Source: Nitrososphaeraceae archaeon
GTDB taxonomy: Archaea; Thermoproteota; Nitrososphaeria; Nitrososphaerales; Nitrososphaeraceae
Length of the DNA stretch: 64,000 nucleotides
Reading direction: 5' to 3'
Assembly (NCBI GenBank): GCA_035297365.1
Contig: DATGZA010000075.1
Span: 1 to 64,000 of the forward strand
Shown: positions 38,640-49,261 of the stretch, piece after piece
How the letters are laid out: each line of letters starts with the position of its first letter
How positions within the stretch are numbered: the stretch's first letter is position 1
The notes under the pieces: model-generated
What the model saw: only the letters and a program-made list of their open reading frames with translations
The model's database searches: none
Told to the model about the DNA's origin: nothing
Program-made: the position numbers and the translations under genes

Positions 38640-39662
38640 TCACAACACACCTACTAATTTAGCAATCTCCTTTCTGGAAGCCGATCCAAGCTCCGATGCA
38701 GAAGTTTCAGGTAAAACTTTATTAACGAATACTCCAAATCCTTTTTCCAAGCCACTTAAAGCATATAATTGTGGGAATACTTCAATATGCCAATGAAATT
38801 GCCTACTATTCTTTTTCTCCGGAGATAGTTGAAAGATCAGATTAAATGAAGGGCTTTTTAAAACGGATGACATACCTCCAATAGTAGCTCTAAGAATCAT
38901 AGCCAGATCAAAAACTTCTTTCTGCGAAATTTTGGTTAATGTAGTGGAATGTTTTTTTGGAAATATGCAAAATTCATATGGATATAATGATGCCCACGGA
39001 CAAAAAGCAAGAAAATTATCTGTTGCAAGAACTTGTCGTGGTCCATCAGATTCAGTAGAAATAGCAACGCACGAAGGACAGGTTCCATTTTCATTCACGA
39101 ATCTGTGAGATAATAGCGCTTTCGACTCAATCGCAGGAGGAACCTCTGAGAAGGTAACTATATCTACGTGTGAATGGTCTATCTTCGTTCCCGAGATCGG
39201 TCCACTATTTATAAAAGCCGAGACATAGGTAACCTTTTTTTGAGTATAAAGCCACCTCATCCTATCTTGCAAAACCAGAAGAACATTTGACCATTGTTCG
39301 ACGGAAATCTGAGAAAAATCTTCTGAATGGTTTGGAGTAGCAACTAATATTTGATGATATCCATAGGCGGGCTCACTATACAACGGTTTTTCAGTATATA
39401 ATGAAGAATTATTGGGTACGAGTATTGGATACTTACTGTTAAAAACCCTAACATCCCAATCTTTAATAATATTGCCTTCTGAGTCTGACAATCTTTGAAG
39501 CATGCCACCCTTGATTACCAATGAAACAAGTGAAGGTTCTGTTAGATGTTCATTACCTGGACAATAAGGACACTCGTTCGTGGTATTTTTTTTTATATCA
39601 TTAACACTGTCAGGAAAAATCACAAATTTATCCATAACATAATCCTTTCTTAATTCTCCCAA
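38640..39662 (-). CDS. galT: Galactose-1-phosphate uridylyltransferase-like (HIT) protein
   Basis: ELRKD, CPYCPGNE, HSH, CPSC, PKKH, FHWHIE. Confidence 0.85.
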   Translation of the reverse strand: MGELRKDYVMDKFVIFPDSVNDIKKNTTNECPYCPGNEHLTEPSLVSLVIKGGMLQRLSDSEGNIIKDWDVRVFNSKYPILVPNNSSLYTEKPLYSEPAYGYHQILVATPNHSEDFSQISVEQWSNVLLVLQDRMRWLYTQKKVTYVSAFINSGPISGTKIDHSHVDIVTFSEVPPAIESKALLSHRFVNENGTCPSCVAISTESDGPRQVLATDNFLAFCPWASLYPYEFCIFPKKHSTTLTKISQKEVFDLAMILRATIGGMSSVLKSPSFNLIFQLSPEKKNSRQFHWHIEVFPQLYALSGLEKGFGVFVNKVLPETSASELGSASRKEIAKLVGVL

Positions 39663-39817
39663 TGTAATTTTCCTTTTAAAACGTCATTTCATCCTTTAAT
39701 TAAAGGTTCTGGATCGGATGATAAATATTTTAATATAATTGAACAAACATGGTAAAAAAAAATAACAACGGTAAAATTCTCTTTTGATAAGTTATCTTGT
39801 GAAAAGATTTTCAGAAC

Positions 39818-39860
39818 CATAAGTTTAAAATATAGTTTCTGAATTGATAGAATTGATAAA
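39818..39860 (+). promoter_or_regulatory. Putative TATA box (TTTAAAA) followed by direct repeat GAATTGATA x2
   Basis: TTTAAAA at 39824-39830; GAATTGATA at 39841 and 39850; ATG at 39866. Confidence 0.35.
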
Positions 39861-39865
39861 ACAGT

Positions 39866-40123
39866 ATGACAATGCCAAAAGGTTTTGGATCAAGTGCTAG
39901 TAACACGGGAAAAAGAAGTTTTAACGACTGGTGGACCAATGTTCCCTCAGATTTAAAACAAAAGGCCAGAAAAGGAGACGAGAGTAATAAACCATTATTA
40001 AATCAAGTGAATTATGTTTTATTACATCTTCATCTTGCAGGAAAACATGACGCAAAACCATCACATGAAGAATTAAAAGATTGGTTACACAGTGGTCAAG
40101 TAGACGTTATGAGAACTAAATAA
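39866..40123 (+). CDS. Small soluble hypothetical protein
   Basis: Isolated ATG ORF with upstream TATA-like box and downstream T-tract (40141-40152). Confidence 0.8.
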   Translation: MTMPKGFGSSASNTGKRSFNDWWTNVPSDLKQKARKGDESNKPLLNQVNYVLLHLHLAGKHDAKPSHEELKDWLHSGQVDVMRTK

Positions 40124-40284
40124 ATAATAATCCCACCGTCTTTTTTTTCTTTGGTTATAAAAATACATTGAGAAGTTTGATTGTATTATTTAGGCAGAAA
40201 TAGAATTCAAAAAATCTAGAAAATCTACTTACAGATAATTACATATACAGTTTAATCAAACTCTAAAAAAGATTTAAATGATGA

Positions 40285-41337
40285 TTATTTGAATTCATTC
40301 TGCAATATTTCTTTTTTCTTCCTCATATCAAAAATCTTATCAGTATGAGACAGTGCATCATTGCGAGATTTCTTAAAAATCATCGACTGAACCAATAAGT
40401 GGTTTTCTGGAATTACCATGCCAGTCTGATCATCTGAATATGAAAATTTTAAAACATCATCTTGGCTTCTTATCAAGCTTTCATGAATATGGACCATATT
40501 GGTGTCACCGTGAGCAAATCCTAAATCCAATGCTTTCTTCCTTACATCAAGAGTACCCTTTGCAGAGTTTAGAATAGCAACCCCAAATTCATTTTGAAAT
40601 ATTTCTAATACTTGATCTTTTAAAGGGGATTTATCTTTAAATCTTATAAGTATCTGGTGTAAATGCATCATTCTAGAGGGAACCTTGAAGGCTTCGACAT
40701 ATAGGTTGGCATCAGGAATAAAATCTTTGACATCGTCTTGGTGATGGGGATGCGAATCCCATTCTATTGAATCTTTGACTTCTTTCGAATCCTCTAAATC
40801 GGCCCATCTTCTAATAAGATTAACATCATATCTTATAATATCATCACTGAATTTCTCAATCAATGGTTGCATGATTCTACCCATCCCACTAACGTTACAA
40901 CTACCTTGCATCACATAGGATTTTCCTGCTGCCTTATCATAATTTACTCTCGAATTATGTATCATATCAGCAACTGAATATTCTCCTTGCCTATCTTCCC
41001 CTCCTTGAAATATTGCCTTTTTTTTCATTGGAACATACAATAATAGTTTATTTTTATATCCCATTCCCTCTTTTGCTGCGTCAATAATCATTTCAGAATC
41101 ACTAATTCCATCTTCAATATAACCTGCAAATTCTAAATTTTTTCTCGCAAATTCATTTTCCATAGTTTTAGGGATAAAAACTCTGTAACCTTTGGATATG
41201 GCTTCCTTCGCCCTTTCATCAGCACTATACTTTGCTATTCCCACCAACTCAATTTCCTCATCTACACTAAAATAAGTTGCCAGTCTTCTACCAATATTAC
41301 CATAACCGTTAATGAATAATTTTACCATTCTAACCAC
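40285..41337 (-). CDS. gap: Archaeal (type II) glyceraldehyde-3-phosphate dehydrogenase
   Basis: NGYGNIGRR, FQGGE, SCN, IRRWAD, HHQDDV, MHLH, VIPEN. Confidence 0.92.
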   Translation of the reverse strand: MVRMVKLFINGYGNIGRRLATYFSVDEEIELVGIAKYSADERAKEAISKGYRVFIPKTMENEFARKNLEFAGYIEDGISDSEMIIDAAKEGMGYKNKLLLYVPMKKKAIFQGGEDRQGEYSVADMIHNSRVNYDKAAGKSYVMQGSCNVSGMGRIMQPLIEKFSDDIIRYDVNLIRRWADLEDSKEVKDSIEWDSHPHHQDDVKDFIPDANLYVEAFKVPSRMMHLHQILIRFKDKSPLKDQVLEIFQNEFGVAILNSAKGTLDVRKKALDLGFAHGDTNMVHIHESLIRSQDDVLKFSYSDDQTGMVIPENHLLVQSMIFKKSRNDALSHTDKIFDMRKKKEILQNEFK

Positions 41338-41510
41338 TAAAATCTTATTTGATGTATGAAATTATAATACAATATATTTTTATTTCGAAACAATATTTAG
41401 AACTGTGTTATTATTTGTGAATTTACAAAAAATTATAGAATTACCTTTATCTGTTCCTGTTTAGGATAACTTTAATAGATCAATGATGGGTAGTAAAATC
41501 ATCAACATTA

Positions 41511-42098
41511 ATGAAAGTATTAATTATCGATAATTATGATTCATTCGTTTATAATATTGCTCAATTAATTGGAAAAAAGAATATCGAGACTTTGATATAT
41601 AGAAATGACAAAATTGCATTAAAAACGATAGTAAAATTGGATCCTGACGGTATTATATTATCACCAGGTCCTGGGACTCCAGAAAATAAAAAATATTTCG
41701 GAATTTGTGATAATATCATTAAAGTACTTGGAATGAAAATTCCGATTTTGGGTATATGCTTGGGTCACCAAGGTATTGCGTCTGCTTTCGGCGGAAAAAT
41801 AGTTAATGCTAAGAAAACAAGGCATGGTAAGACAAGCCAGATTTCTTTTATACCAGACCCTATCTTTGATGGGTTAAAAAACCCCTTCGTTGCAACCAGA
41901 TATCATTCGCTAATAGCAGATAAAAAAACTCTTCCGAAGTGTTTGAAAGTTATTGCAAATTCATTAGATGATAGTGAAATAATGGCACTCACACATGAAA
42001 AATATCCAATAAAAGGAGTACAATTTCATCCGGAATCGATTCTGACTGGTGAAGGTATTAAATTATTAAGTAATTTTATCACATTTACTAGAAAATGA
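41511..42098 (+). CDS. trpG: Anthranilate synthase component II
   Basis: IDNYDSF, SPGPG.P, GICLGHQ, TRYHSL, GVQFHPES. Confidence 0.93.
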   Translation: MKVLIIDNYDSFVYNIAQLIGKKNIETLIYRNDKIALKTIVKLDPDGIILSPGPGTPENKKYFGICDNIIKVLGMKIPILGICLGHQGIASAFGGKIVNAKKTRHGKTSQISFIPDPIFDGLKNPFVATRYHSLIADKKTLPKCLKVIANSLDDSEIMALTHEKYPIKGVQFHPESILTGEGIKLLSNFITFTRK

Positions 42099-43180
42099 CA
42101 AACGATTATTACTCTCAGGGCCTGAGTCAGACCATTACAAAATTAGAAAGAAAAATAGATCTCCCTTATTCGGAATCTTATAATATGTTTAAAAGAATTA
42201 TTAATTGCGAGCTCACCGATCTTCAAGTTTTTTCGATCTTAAAAGCATTGGGCAATAAGGGAGAATCTATTGATGAAATAATAGCTTTGGTCGATATTAT
42301 TTATGGTAAAGCAATAAGGATAAGACCGAATATTAAAGGAAGTTTAATTGACAATTGCGGTACTGGTGGCGATAAAGTAAATACTTTTAATATAAGTACT
42401 GCATCTAGTATAGTTGCGTCAGCTGCTGGATGCAAGATAGCAAAACATGGTAATAGATCTTCCTCTGGAAAATCTGGAAGTTCGGATTTTTTGGAAGCAA
42501 TAGGTTTGGATTTAACAAAAGCGTCAGAAAATGCTTCACGTTCTATTGAAACTATAGGGATAGGATTTCTCTTCGCACCATTTTTTCATCCAACTTTAAA
42601 AAGTCTATCGAAACTTAGGCAATCTATTGGTATGAGAACTATTTTTAACATCGTCGGTCCGTTGTGCAATCCGTGTACCAATCTTACTGGACAAGTAATT
42701 GGAGTGTATGATCGCATACTATCTCAAAAGATATCGAAGGTAGCCTTAAAAAAACATGATAGAAAATACATGATTGTTTACTCTCATGATGGCGTTGATG
42801 AATTGACAAATAGTGGATTGAATAATATTACTATAGTTAACAAAGGAAGGATCGATAACTATAAGTTTTTTTCAACGAATTTTGGGATTACGATTGCTCC
42901 AATTGAAAAATTGTTGATAAAAAACAGAGAAGAATCTATAAGATTAACTTTGCAAGCAATTTATGGGACGGCAGAAAAAGAAATAGAAGATGTAGTTGTT
43001 ATAAATTCTGCGGCCTCATTAATCACAGGAGATATCGTAAATAACTTTAAAGACGGAATAGAAATTTCCAGGGAATCGATAAAAACGCAAAAAGCCAGAA
43101 AAAAACTCGAGACCCTGATAGAGAAATATGGACAGAAAGAAAAATTGATCGAGACAGAAAAAAAATTCGGATTATCATGA
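42095..43180 (+). CDS. trpD: Anthranilate phosphoribosyltransferase
   Basis: DNCGTGGD..TFNIST, KHGNR, RTIFN..GPL.NP, DGVDE. Confidence 0.96.
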   Translation: MTNDYYSQGLSQTITKLERKIDLPYSESYNMFKRIINCELTDLQVFSILKALGNKGESIDEIIALVDIIYGKAIRIRPNIKGSLIDNCGTGGDKVNTFNISTASSIVASAAGCKIAKHGNRSSSGKSGSSDFLEAIGLDLTKASENASRSIETIGIGFLFAPFFHPTLKSLSKLRQSIGMRTIFNIVGPLCNPCTNLTGQVIGVYDRILSQKISKVALKKHDRKYMIVYSHDGVDELTNSGLNNITIVNKGRIDNYKFFSTNFGITIAPIEKLLIKNREESIRLTLQAIYGTAEKEIEDVVVINSAASLITGDIVNNFKDGIEISRESIKTQKARKKLETLIEKYGQKEKLIETEKKFGLS

Positions 43181-43296
43181 AATAAATACAGTTACGTTTA
43201 TCCCCAACTCAAAAATAGGTAAAATAAAATAATTAGAAAATGAAGAGCAAATAATATTTGCAATGATGCAAATATTTATATGAGTTTGACAAAAGA

Positions 43297-43668
43297 ATGC
43301 AGATATTGAGCTTTCAGTTAACAACATTGCAAGATCAAGAGAATATCCTACTTGGAAGGAGAGAAGTGAAATATTTCATAAAAGAAGCGGCTGGTAAAAT
43401 AAGCAGGTTAGAATTGATAAGTTTAATAGAGAAGAGCCTTGGAATACAAAAGGATAGCATTTATCCAATTGAATTAAGAACTGAAAAAGGCAAAAATCAT
43501 GTTAATGTACTAGTTTATATTTACGATAAAAAAGAACAGTCTGAACGACAACTACCCAAGTATCAAATACTTAGAAGGCTTTCAAAAGATGAAAGAAAGA
43601 AAATATTAGACGAAGAGAAAGCAGCTAAGCTAAAGGCGAAACAGGCTGCAAAAGCAGATGCGAAGTAG
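43297..43668 (+). CDS. rps24e: 30S ribosomal protein S24e
   Basis: EN.LLGRREV, SRLE, YIYD; directly before rps27ae. Confidence 0.85.
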   Translation: MQILSFQLTTLQDQENILLGRREVKYFIKEAAGKISRLELISLIEKSLGIQKDSIYPIELRTEKGKNHVNVLVYIYDKKEQSERQLPKYQILRRLSKDERKKILDEEKAAKLKAKQAAKADAK

Positions 43669-43688
43669 ACCAATTCCTGGTGATAGAG

Positions 43689-43874
43689 ATGGTTGACAAA
43701 AAGAAAAATAAAGATTCTAAAATTTATAAATTCTACAAATTTGAGAATGATGTAGTAAAAAAAGTTAGAAGAGAATGTCCCAGGTGTGGAAAGGGAATCT
43801 TCATGGCTGAACATAAAGACAGACATACATGTGGAAAATGTGGATTTACTGAGTTCCTTCATAAAAAACAATAA
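43689..43874 (+). CDS. rps27ae: 30S ribosomal protein S27ae
   Basis: RECPRCGKGIFMAEHKDRHTCGKCGFTE. Confidence 0.97.
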   Translation: MVDKKKNKDSKIYKFYKFENDVVKKVRRECPRCGKGIFMAEHKDRHTCGKCGFTEFLHKKQ

Positions 43875-44580
43875 CCATTAGTTGTTATGATGATTAGTGT
43901 TGTATTAATAAATTAAAACTAACAGAAATTCATTAGTTCTTCCTATGGAAGTTTACTATAAATCATATTTTTTCTGAAAATCGAAGTGTTAGAAAATTTA
44001 AGATTAGAATATATTTTTTTCTCTATTTTACTTTTTAATTTCACTTTTTTTAAAATTGTCCGTATGTTATGAGAGAAGAAGGAGCATTTCAACAACAAAA
44101 GATACTTTTTATTTTCTATTATTTCATCTTTCATTTTTAATTATCGAATACTATCATTAAGAGAGAAAAAGCCAGATAAATATTTTGTTCGGGTAACCCA
44201 TATCATCAATAACTGTAATTGTCGGTATAAGAATTCTACCAGTCAATTCTTTTTTAAATTGTTGAATGATCAACTTTTTAAGAAGGTGACCTTTTGAAAC
44301 ATTATTGATCAATTAAAATAAGAAATAACAAGACAAAGAATCTTCTTTCACTCATTATTTTCAAAAACTTTAACATTAAATACCCTACAATATCATATTT
44401 TTTGATATATAATAAATTATTTGATGTAGTTCTAAAATTACCAAATATTCAAAGCTGATTAAGAAATAATTTTCTATGTCCATTTTTCATGAAATCAAAA
44501 TGAGAGCAAGAAAAAAATGAAATAGCGTACTTTTGCTAATTGCTGGCTTATAGCTGTAAAAAATTCAAAAATTATTTCGA

Positions 44581-45270
44581 TTATGTTTCCAAAATATATT
44601 TTAATCTATTTTTAAGACTAGGCTCGACTTGAAAATTCAAAATGGAGGACACTGGTATTGAAACATTATTATCTTCTAGGCGAATTTTTTTAATCATTAA
44701 TCCTCTCTTTATCCAATTTTCAACTACCTGTTGTTCCAAATGTACATCTTTAAACCCATCTTGAAACTTATTTTTTAAACATGTCAAGAGATTGTTGTCG
44801 TTTTTGAATAGTTTATTTGCATCAAACAATCGTTCAAAATCATCATATTTTTCTTCATAGAAAGTACTTTTTACATTATCTGAATGAATGTTCATTTTTA
44901 TAAAACGATTTACTAAACCCACATAATGTAAAAACTCGTGTGCAAGTATCGTATGTATCGAACTCTTCAATCCATAGACGACAAGAGGAGCCGTTATCTG
45001 AATAAAAATAGATAAATCTCCCTTCTCATTAATATCTGGAATAGTTCTAGCAAAAAGGAGGCCATACTGGTCAACCTCTACCAAGGATGATGATACTATA
45101 AGACTAGGTTCAATATAATATGGCGGGAAATTTATCATACTTGTTTTTTCAATTCTTTTGATCCCATCCAACAAAATAGAAAACCGTTTTAAAATAATTT
45201 CATATATTTCCCTAGGTATCAGTTTATTGAGAAAAGCATCATTAATAGCACTTAGAGGATCACAATCCAT
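44581..45270 (-). CDS. Hypothetical protein with HExxH zincin motif
   Basis: TILAHEFLHY. Confidence 0.75.
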   Translation of the reverse strand: MDCDPLSAINDAFLNKLIPREIYEIILKRFSILLDGIKRIEKTSMINFPPYYIEPSLIVSSSLVEVDQYGLLFARTIPDINEKGDLSIFIQITAPLVVYGLKSSIHTILAHEFLHYVGLVNRFIKMNIHSDNVKSTFYEEKYDDFERLFDANKLFKNDNNLLTCLKNKFQDGFKDVHLEQQVVENWIKRGLMIKKIRLEDNNVSIPVSSILNFQVEPSLKNRLKYILET

Positions 45271-45307
45271 TACTAGATAAGATGAAAATATTATAAATAT
45301 AAAAAAA

Positions 45308-46459
45308 TTACGCGGCAGTTATATCCAGAACGTCAAATTTTATACAAGTACATTTATTATCAATATATGATGAAATATTTGGTTCTATCCAATCCTTTCC
45401 CTCTATAAACTGTTTTATGAACAATCCGCCATCTGACAAAAAGGTAATAACAAAATCATATTCATCTAATCTCTTAACAGAGATTTTGTAGATCCTCCTT
45501 TGAACTAATTTTGTTTTGTTTCTATATTTTATTGTAGAATTCTTCAGTTCGTTTAGTCTCAGTAAATTCAAATTGTTTATAGGGGATAGTGCTTTCACAT
45601 AGGCTTTTGTTTTTGATATATAATTTATGGAGTATTTTTTTATTGATTCTTTTTTTTCTTTTATCTTAAATATTATTCCATCTTCTTGGAAAATAATATT
45701 CTTTTTTATTTTCCTTTTTTTTGGGTTAATGATTTGGGCTATAAAAAATCTTCCCTTTCCTAAAACCATACTATTTTGATCTTCACCTCCCATCCATGTA
45801 AAATTCACATTATCACAAGAGGTAAAATCCATCAAATGACGTTTTATGATGGTTTCAATCGATTTTTTTTGACTATTGTTTTCCATCAGGTTACATATCT
45901 TACATCCTCTTACTTCACAATTATCACATTTGAATTTCCTTTGATGCATGAGTTTTTTCTTTGTATATCTACAGATTAAGTAGTACGGACGGGTTTGAAA
46001 GTCAACAGAAAATTCAAGATCATGAGATATTGAAAGATTTATCAGGATATCAGGAGATTGTATTTTTAGAGGCTTTTTTAAAACTTTTTCAAAATTATTT
46101 CTCACTGCATGATTAAAAGCTGATTTAATATTCTCTTCTCCACGTAGTTGAAAAAGAGATCTGAAATGATCCTCATTATCAAACAAATGTGCAGGAAGAG
46201 AAGATCCCAAAGAATAAGAATCAAATTCATATTTATTTTTAACAGATATAAGAAAGGTTATTTCCTTTACAATTTCTTCTATGAGATCAAATAATCCCCT
46301 ACAAATAAAACAGTTTGAGCAAGAGTTATCTGTACTTGTTGTTTTATGATCTTTAAGCATCGCGTACTTACCAAATAATATTTTTGCTGTATTGTTTCTT
46401 TTTAAACAATAATCACATAGAGTATAAAAATTATTGATAATATTTTCAGATTGTTTCAA
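45308..46459 (-). CDS. pus10: Pus10-family tRNA pseudouridine synthase, divergent
   Basis: N-terminal LCDYC..CFICRG, PD, RYTK, GGED..LGKGR.F, NPKKR, GG.FIK, DVL; next to srp54. Confidence 0.85.
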   Translation of the reverse strand: MKQSENIINNFYTLCDYCLKRNNTAKILFGKYAMLKDHKTTSTDNSCSNCFICRGLFDLIEEIVKEITFLISVKNKYEFDSYSLGSSLPAHLFDNEDHFRSLFQLRGEENIKSAFNHAVRNNFEKVLKKPLKIQSPDILINLSISHDLEFSVDFQTRPYYLICRYTKKKLMHQRKFKCDNCEVRGCKICNLMENNSQKKSIETIIKRHLMDFTSCDNVNFTWMGGEDQNSMVLGKGRFFIAQIINPKKRKIKKNIIFQEDGIIFKIKEKKESIKKYSINYISKTKAYVKALSPINNLNLLRLNELKNSTIKYRNKTKLVQRRIYKISVKRLDEYDFVITFLSDGGLFIKQFIEGKDWIEPNISSYIDNKCTCIKFDVLDITAA

Positions 46460-46497
46460 ATTATAATTGCACTTAACTACTGTTATTATTAGTTACA

Positions 46498-47865
46498 TTA
46501 ACCAAAACCGAAACGTCTCAACATTCCATGCATCTGTCTGCCTTTTGCCTGTTTCATCATACTTTTTGAATTATTGTATTGTTTTATCATTTCTTTAACG
46601 TCATGTTCCATTATACCTGATCCTCTTGAAATTCGTTTTCTTCTTGAATCATTGATCACATTTGGATCCTTTTTTTCTTCTTTTGTCATTGATTGTATAA
46701 CAAATCTCCATTTTTCAATCTTTGTTTGTAAAATATCTAGTTGTTCATCTTTTACCATACCAGAAAGTCCTGGAAGATTTTCCATTACATTTCTAAACCC
46801 CATTTTACTTACATTTTCCATTTGAGAATAGAAATCTTCTATAGTCATTCTACCACCTAATAATCTTTTAGTTTGGTTTGCATCCGCTTCCAATTCAAGG
46901 CTTTTTGCCATTTCTAACAATGCCTTAATATCTCCCATCCCCAATATGCGACCTACAAACCTAGTTGGAGAAAATAATTCTAAATCATCAATCCTTTCAC
47001 CCGTTCCGATAAACATAATTTTAGCTCCTGTGGCTGCAGAAGCTGCTAAAGCACCTCCACCCTTGGCAGTTCCATCCAGTTTAGTTATCAAAATTCCTCC
47101 TACTGGAGCAGCATCGTGAAATGCTTTTGCCTGATTGTATGCCTGCTGTCCAATAGTACCATCTATTACCAGGATGACTATATCAGGATTAACAACATTA
47201 TACATATCATTCATTTCCTGTAATAATCCTAACTCTTCTTTGTGTCTTCCCGCTGTATCTATGATGATTACATCATAATCGAGATTATTATAATACTCTA
47301 ATCCATTTCTCAATATAGAAACAGGATCCTTATTATCTTCTTCTCCATAAACTTCCACTTTAATTTTAATGCTATTCATCTTTAATTGTGTAAGAGCGCC
47401 AGGTCTCCACGTATCTGCACCTATAATAGCGGTTTTATATCCATGCCTGGTTAACCATCTCGCAAGTTTAACAGTACATGTAGTTTTTCCGCTTCCCTGG
47501 ATACCAAGCATCAAAATGATATTCTTTTTCCCAGGTTTAAAATTTAGAGATTCTTTTTCTTCCGAATAAGATTTCTCTATATTGGTTATGCTTGTTCCGC
47601 TGTATCCAAGTAAAGAAGCAATTTCATTATAAAGTATTGTAATAATATGATCTTTTCTTGATAATCCTTTTGGAGGCTGTTCATTTAAGGCACGATCTTT
47701 TAAATTCTTTGTAATAGAAAGCACCAATTTGACATTGATATCAGATTGCAATAATGATCTTTGGATATCCTTACAAAGAGAATCAATCAATGCTTCATTT
47801 ATATCCGATGCTCCTACTATTTTCTTGAGGGCGCTTCTTAATCCTGTCCGTAGATTATCAAACAT
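46498..47865 (-). CDS. srp54: Signal recognition particle protein Srp54
   Basis: [32 protein letters not shown], Met-rich M domain, RGSG. Confidence 0.97.
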   Translation of the reverse strand: MFDNLRTGLRSALKKIVGASDINEALIDSLCKDIQRSLLQSDINVKLVLSITKNLKDRALNEQPPKGLSRKDHIITILYNEIASLLGYSGTSITNIEKSYSEEKESLNFKPGKKNIILMLGIQGSGKTTCTVKLARWLTRHGYKTAIIGADTWRPGALTQLKMNSIKIKVEVYGEEDNKDPVSILRNGLEYYNNLDYDVIIIDTAGRHKEELGLLQEMNDMYNVVNPDIVILVIDGTIGQQAYNQAKAFHDAAPVGGILITKLDGTAKGGGALAASAATGAKIMFIGTGERIDDLELFSPTRFVGRILGMGDIKALLEMAKSLELEADANQTKRLLGGRMTIEDFYSQMENVSKMGFRNVMENLPGLSGMVKDEQLDILQTKIEKWRFVIQSMTKEEKKDPNVINDSRRKRISRGSGIMEHDVKEMIKQYNNSKSMMKQAKGRQMHGMLRRFGFG

Positions 47866-47866
47866 T

Positions 47867-48553
47867 TTACTTATCCATTAATACAATATCTATTATTTCT
47901 ATTATACCTCTTTGTCCATCCCATTTAGTCTTTGAATTAAGTATTTGTAATCTCTTTTCATAGATTGGACAGTCAATTACAAGTGTTTCTGCTTCTCCTC
48001 CTTCAAATGCCACATTAAACCCATATTTCTTACTTAGCAAAAATAATTTTTCAAGTTTATCTTGATCTATAATTGTGCCCAACCAACTCTCGTCCAGTCC
48101 CATCGCAGAAACGCTAACTATGAGTATGGAGAATTTATGAATGAGTAGTTCCTTCATATATGAAAATTGCTCAGCTTCCCATAGCGGAGAATAAAGTATC
48201 AAATCATTATCCTTACAAATATTATTAAAAATATTTTTTTGAAAATTTGAGAACAATCCTCCATTGACTAATCCTTCGATGTTGTATTCTGCCTTGGCAA
48301 TTTTTACCAAATGATCTAGAGATTTTATTTCTTTATCTAAATTGTTAATTGCAATGTTACCTTCAATAATGGGTATATTCATAGCTTGGGATTGCAATTT
48401 AGGAATCCCCATATTTGGGAAGTGAAATAGTAGACTTTCTTCATTAGATGGATATAATGTAATCAAACATTTTATTGAAAATCCTCTTTTCTTAGCGAGA
48501 TAGATAGCATATGTACTATCCTTACCACCAGAGAAAAGACTAGCTAGTTTCAT
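47867..48553 (-). CDS. dph6: Diphthine--ammonia ligase (Dph6)
   Basis: SGGKDS, PLW, EGGE.ET.V.DCP. Confidence 0.88.
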   Translation of the reverse strand: MKLASLFSGGKDSTYAIYLAKKRGFSIKCLITLYPSNEESLLFHFPNMGIPKLQSQAMNIPIIEGNIAINNLDKEIKSLDHLVKIAKAEYNIEGLVNGGLFSNFQKNIFNNICKDNDLILYSPLWEAEQFSYMKELLIHKFSILIVSVSAMGLDESWLGTIIDQDKLEKLFLLSKKYGFNVAFEGGEAETLVIDCPIYEKRLQILNSKTKWDGQRGIIEIIDIVLMDK

Positions 48554-48623
48554 TATTTATATCAATTCAATGGATAGTATATATAAAAATAAAAAATGGT
48601 GATGCAGATAATACTTTTGATTA

Positions 48624-48929
48624 TTACATATTGGAAATTGAATTATGCTGCTGAATGGTTGCGTAATTCGACTGCTCCGAGACCTCTGGGAACAATCCTG
48701 CTAATTTATCATGTTTGTCTAGAAAATCTACTCCCATAGACGTCGTCTTATACAAGCCAGTAACTTTGGAATATTCCATTAAACCTTGTTTAACTGCTAA
48801 TCGCAAATATCTAGTTATTTGAGAATGAGACACAGATGCCTTATTCATTATAGTTGTTTGATATTCCCATTTATTGGCAGCACAACGAATTATAGATGCA
48901 ATTATTCCTATATCAGTTCTATTTTTCAA
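48624..48929 (-). CDS. Archaeal winged-HTH transcriptional regulator
   Basis: RTDIGIIASII, TIMNKA.VS, YL, Y.TT..G..FL. Confidence 0.8.
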   Translation of the reverse strand: MKNRTDIGIIASIIRCAANKWEYQTTIMNKASVSHSQITRYLRLAVKQGLMEYSKVTGLYKTTSMGVDFLDKHDKLAGLFPEVSEQSNYATIQQHNSISNM

Positions 48930-49261
48930 AGAATCTTTACCTCTTTCTTCATCCTATGAATGCTGAATGATGGAATTCATTTTAAATAATAAAAAAACCT
49001 TTGACAATTATTAACGACAAAGTTGTTTGTTAAATTAAAACTGATAAAAAGAAATATTAAAAATTAATCAGAACACCTCAGCAACTCATAATCTTCGTCA
49101 CATACAAATTACAATGTATCGGACGGCTCTTCCTATACTTCATCGGCATTAGATTTGTTTATTACCTTTAATTTAAATTGATCATTATTAAAGACCCCTT
49201 TTTTGGAAAACTAGTTTAAATACTCATTTTTTTTATTCCAATCCGACGTGTAGTAATCTGG

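Noticed and set aside
43885-43980. C/D-box sRNA (ATGATGA ... CTGA)
   Set aside because: The boxes are about 90 nt apart with no clear C'/D' boxes or terminal stem; such motifs are expected by chance in AT-rich DNA.
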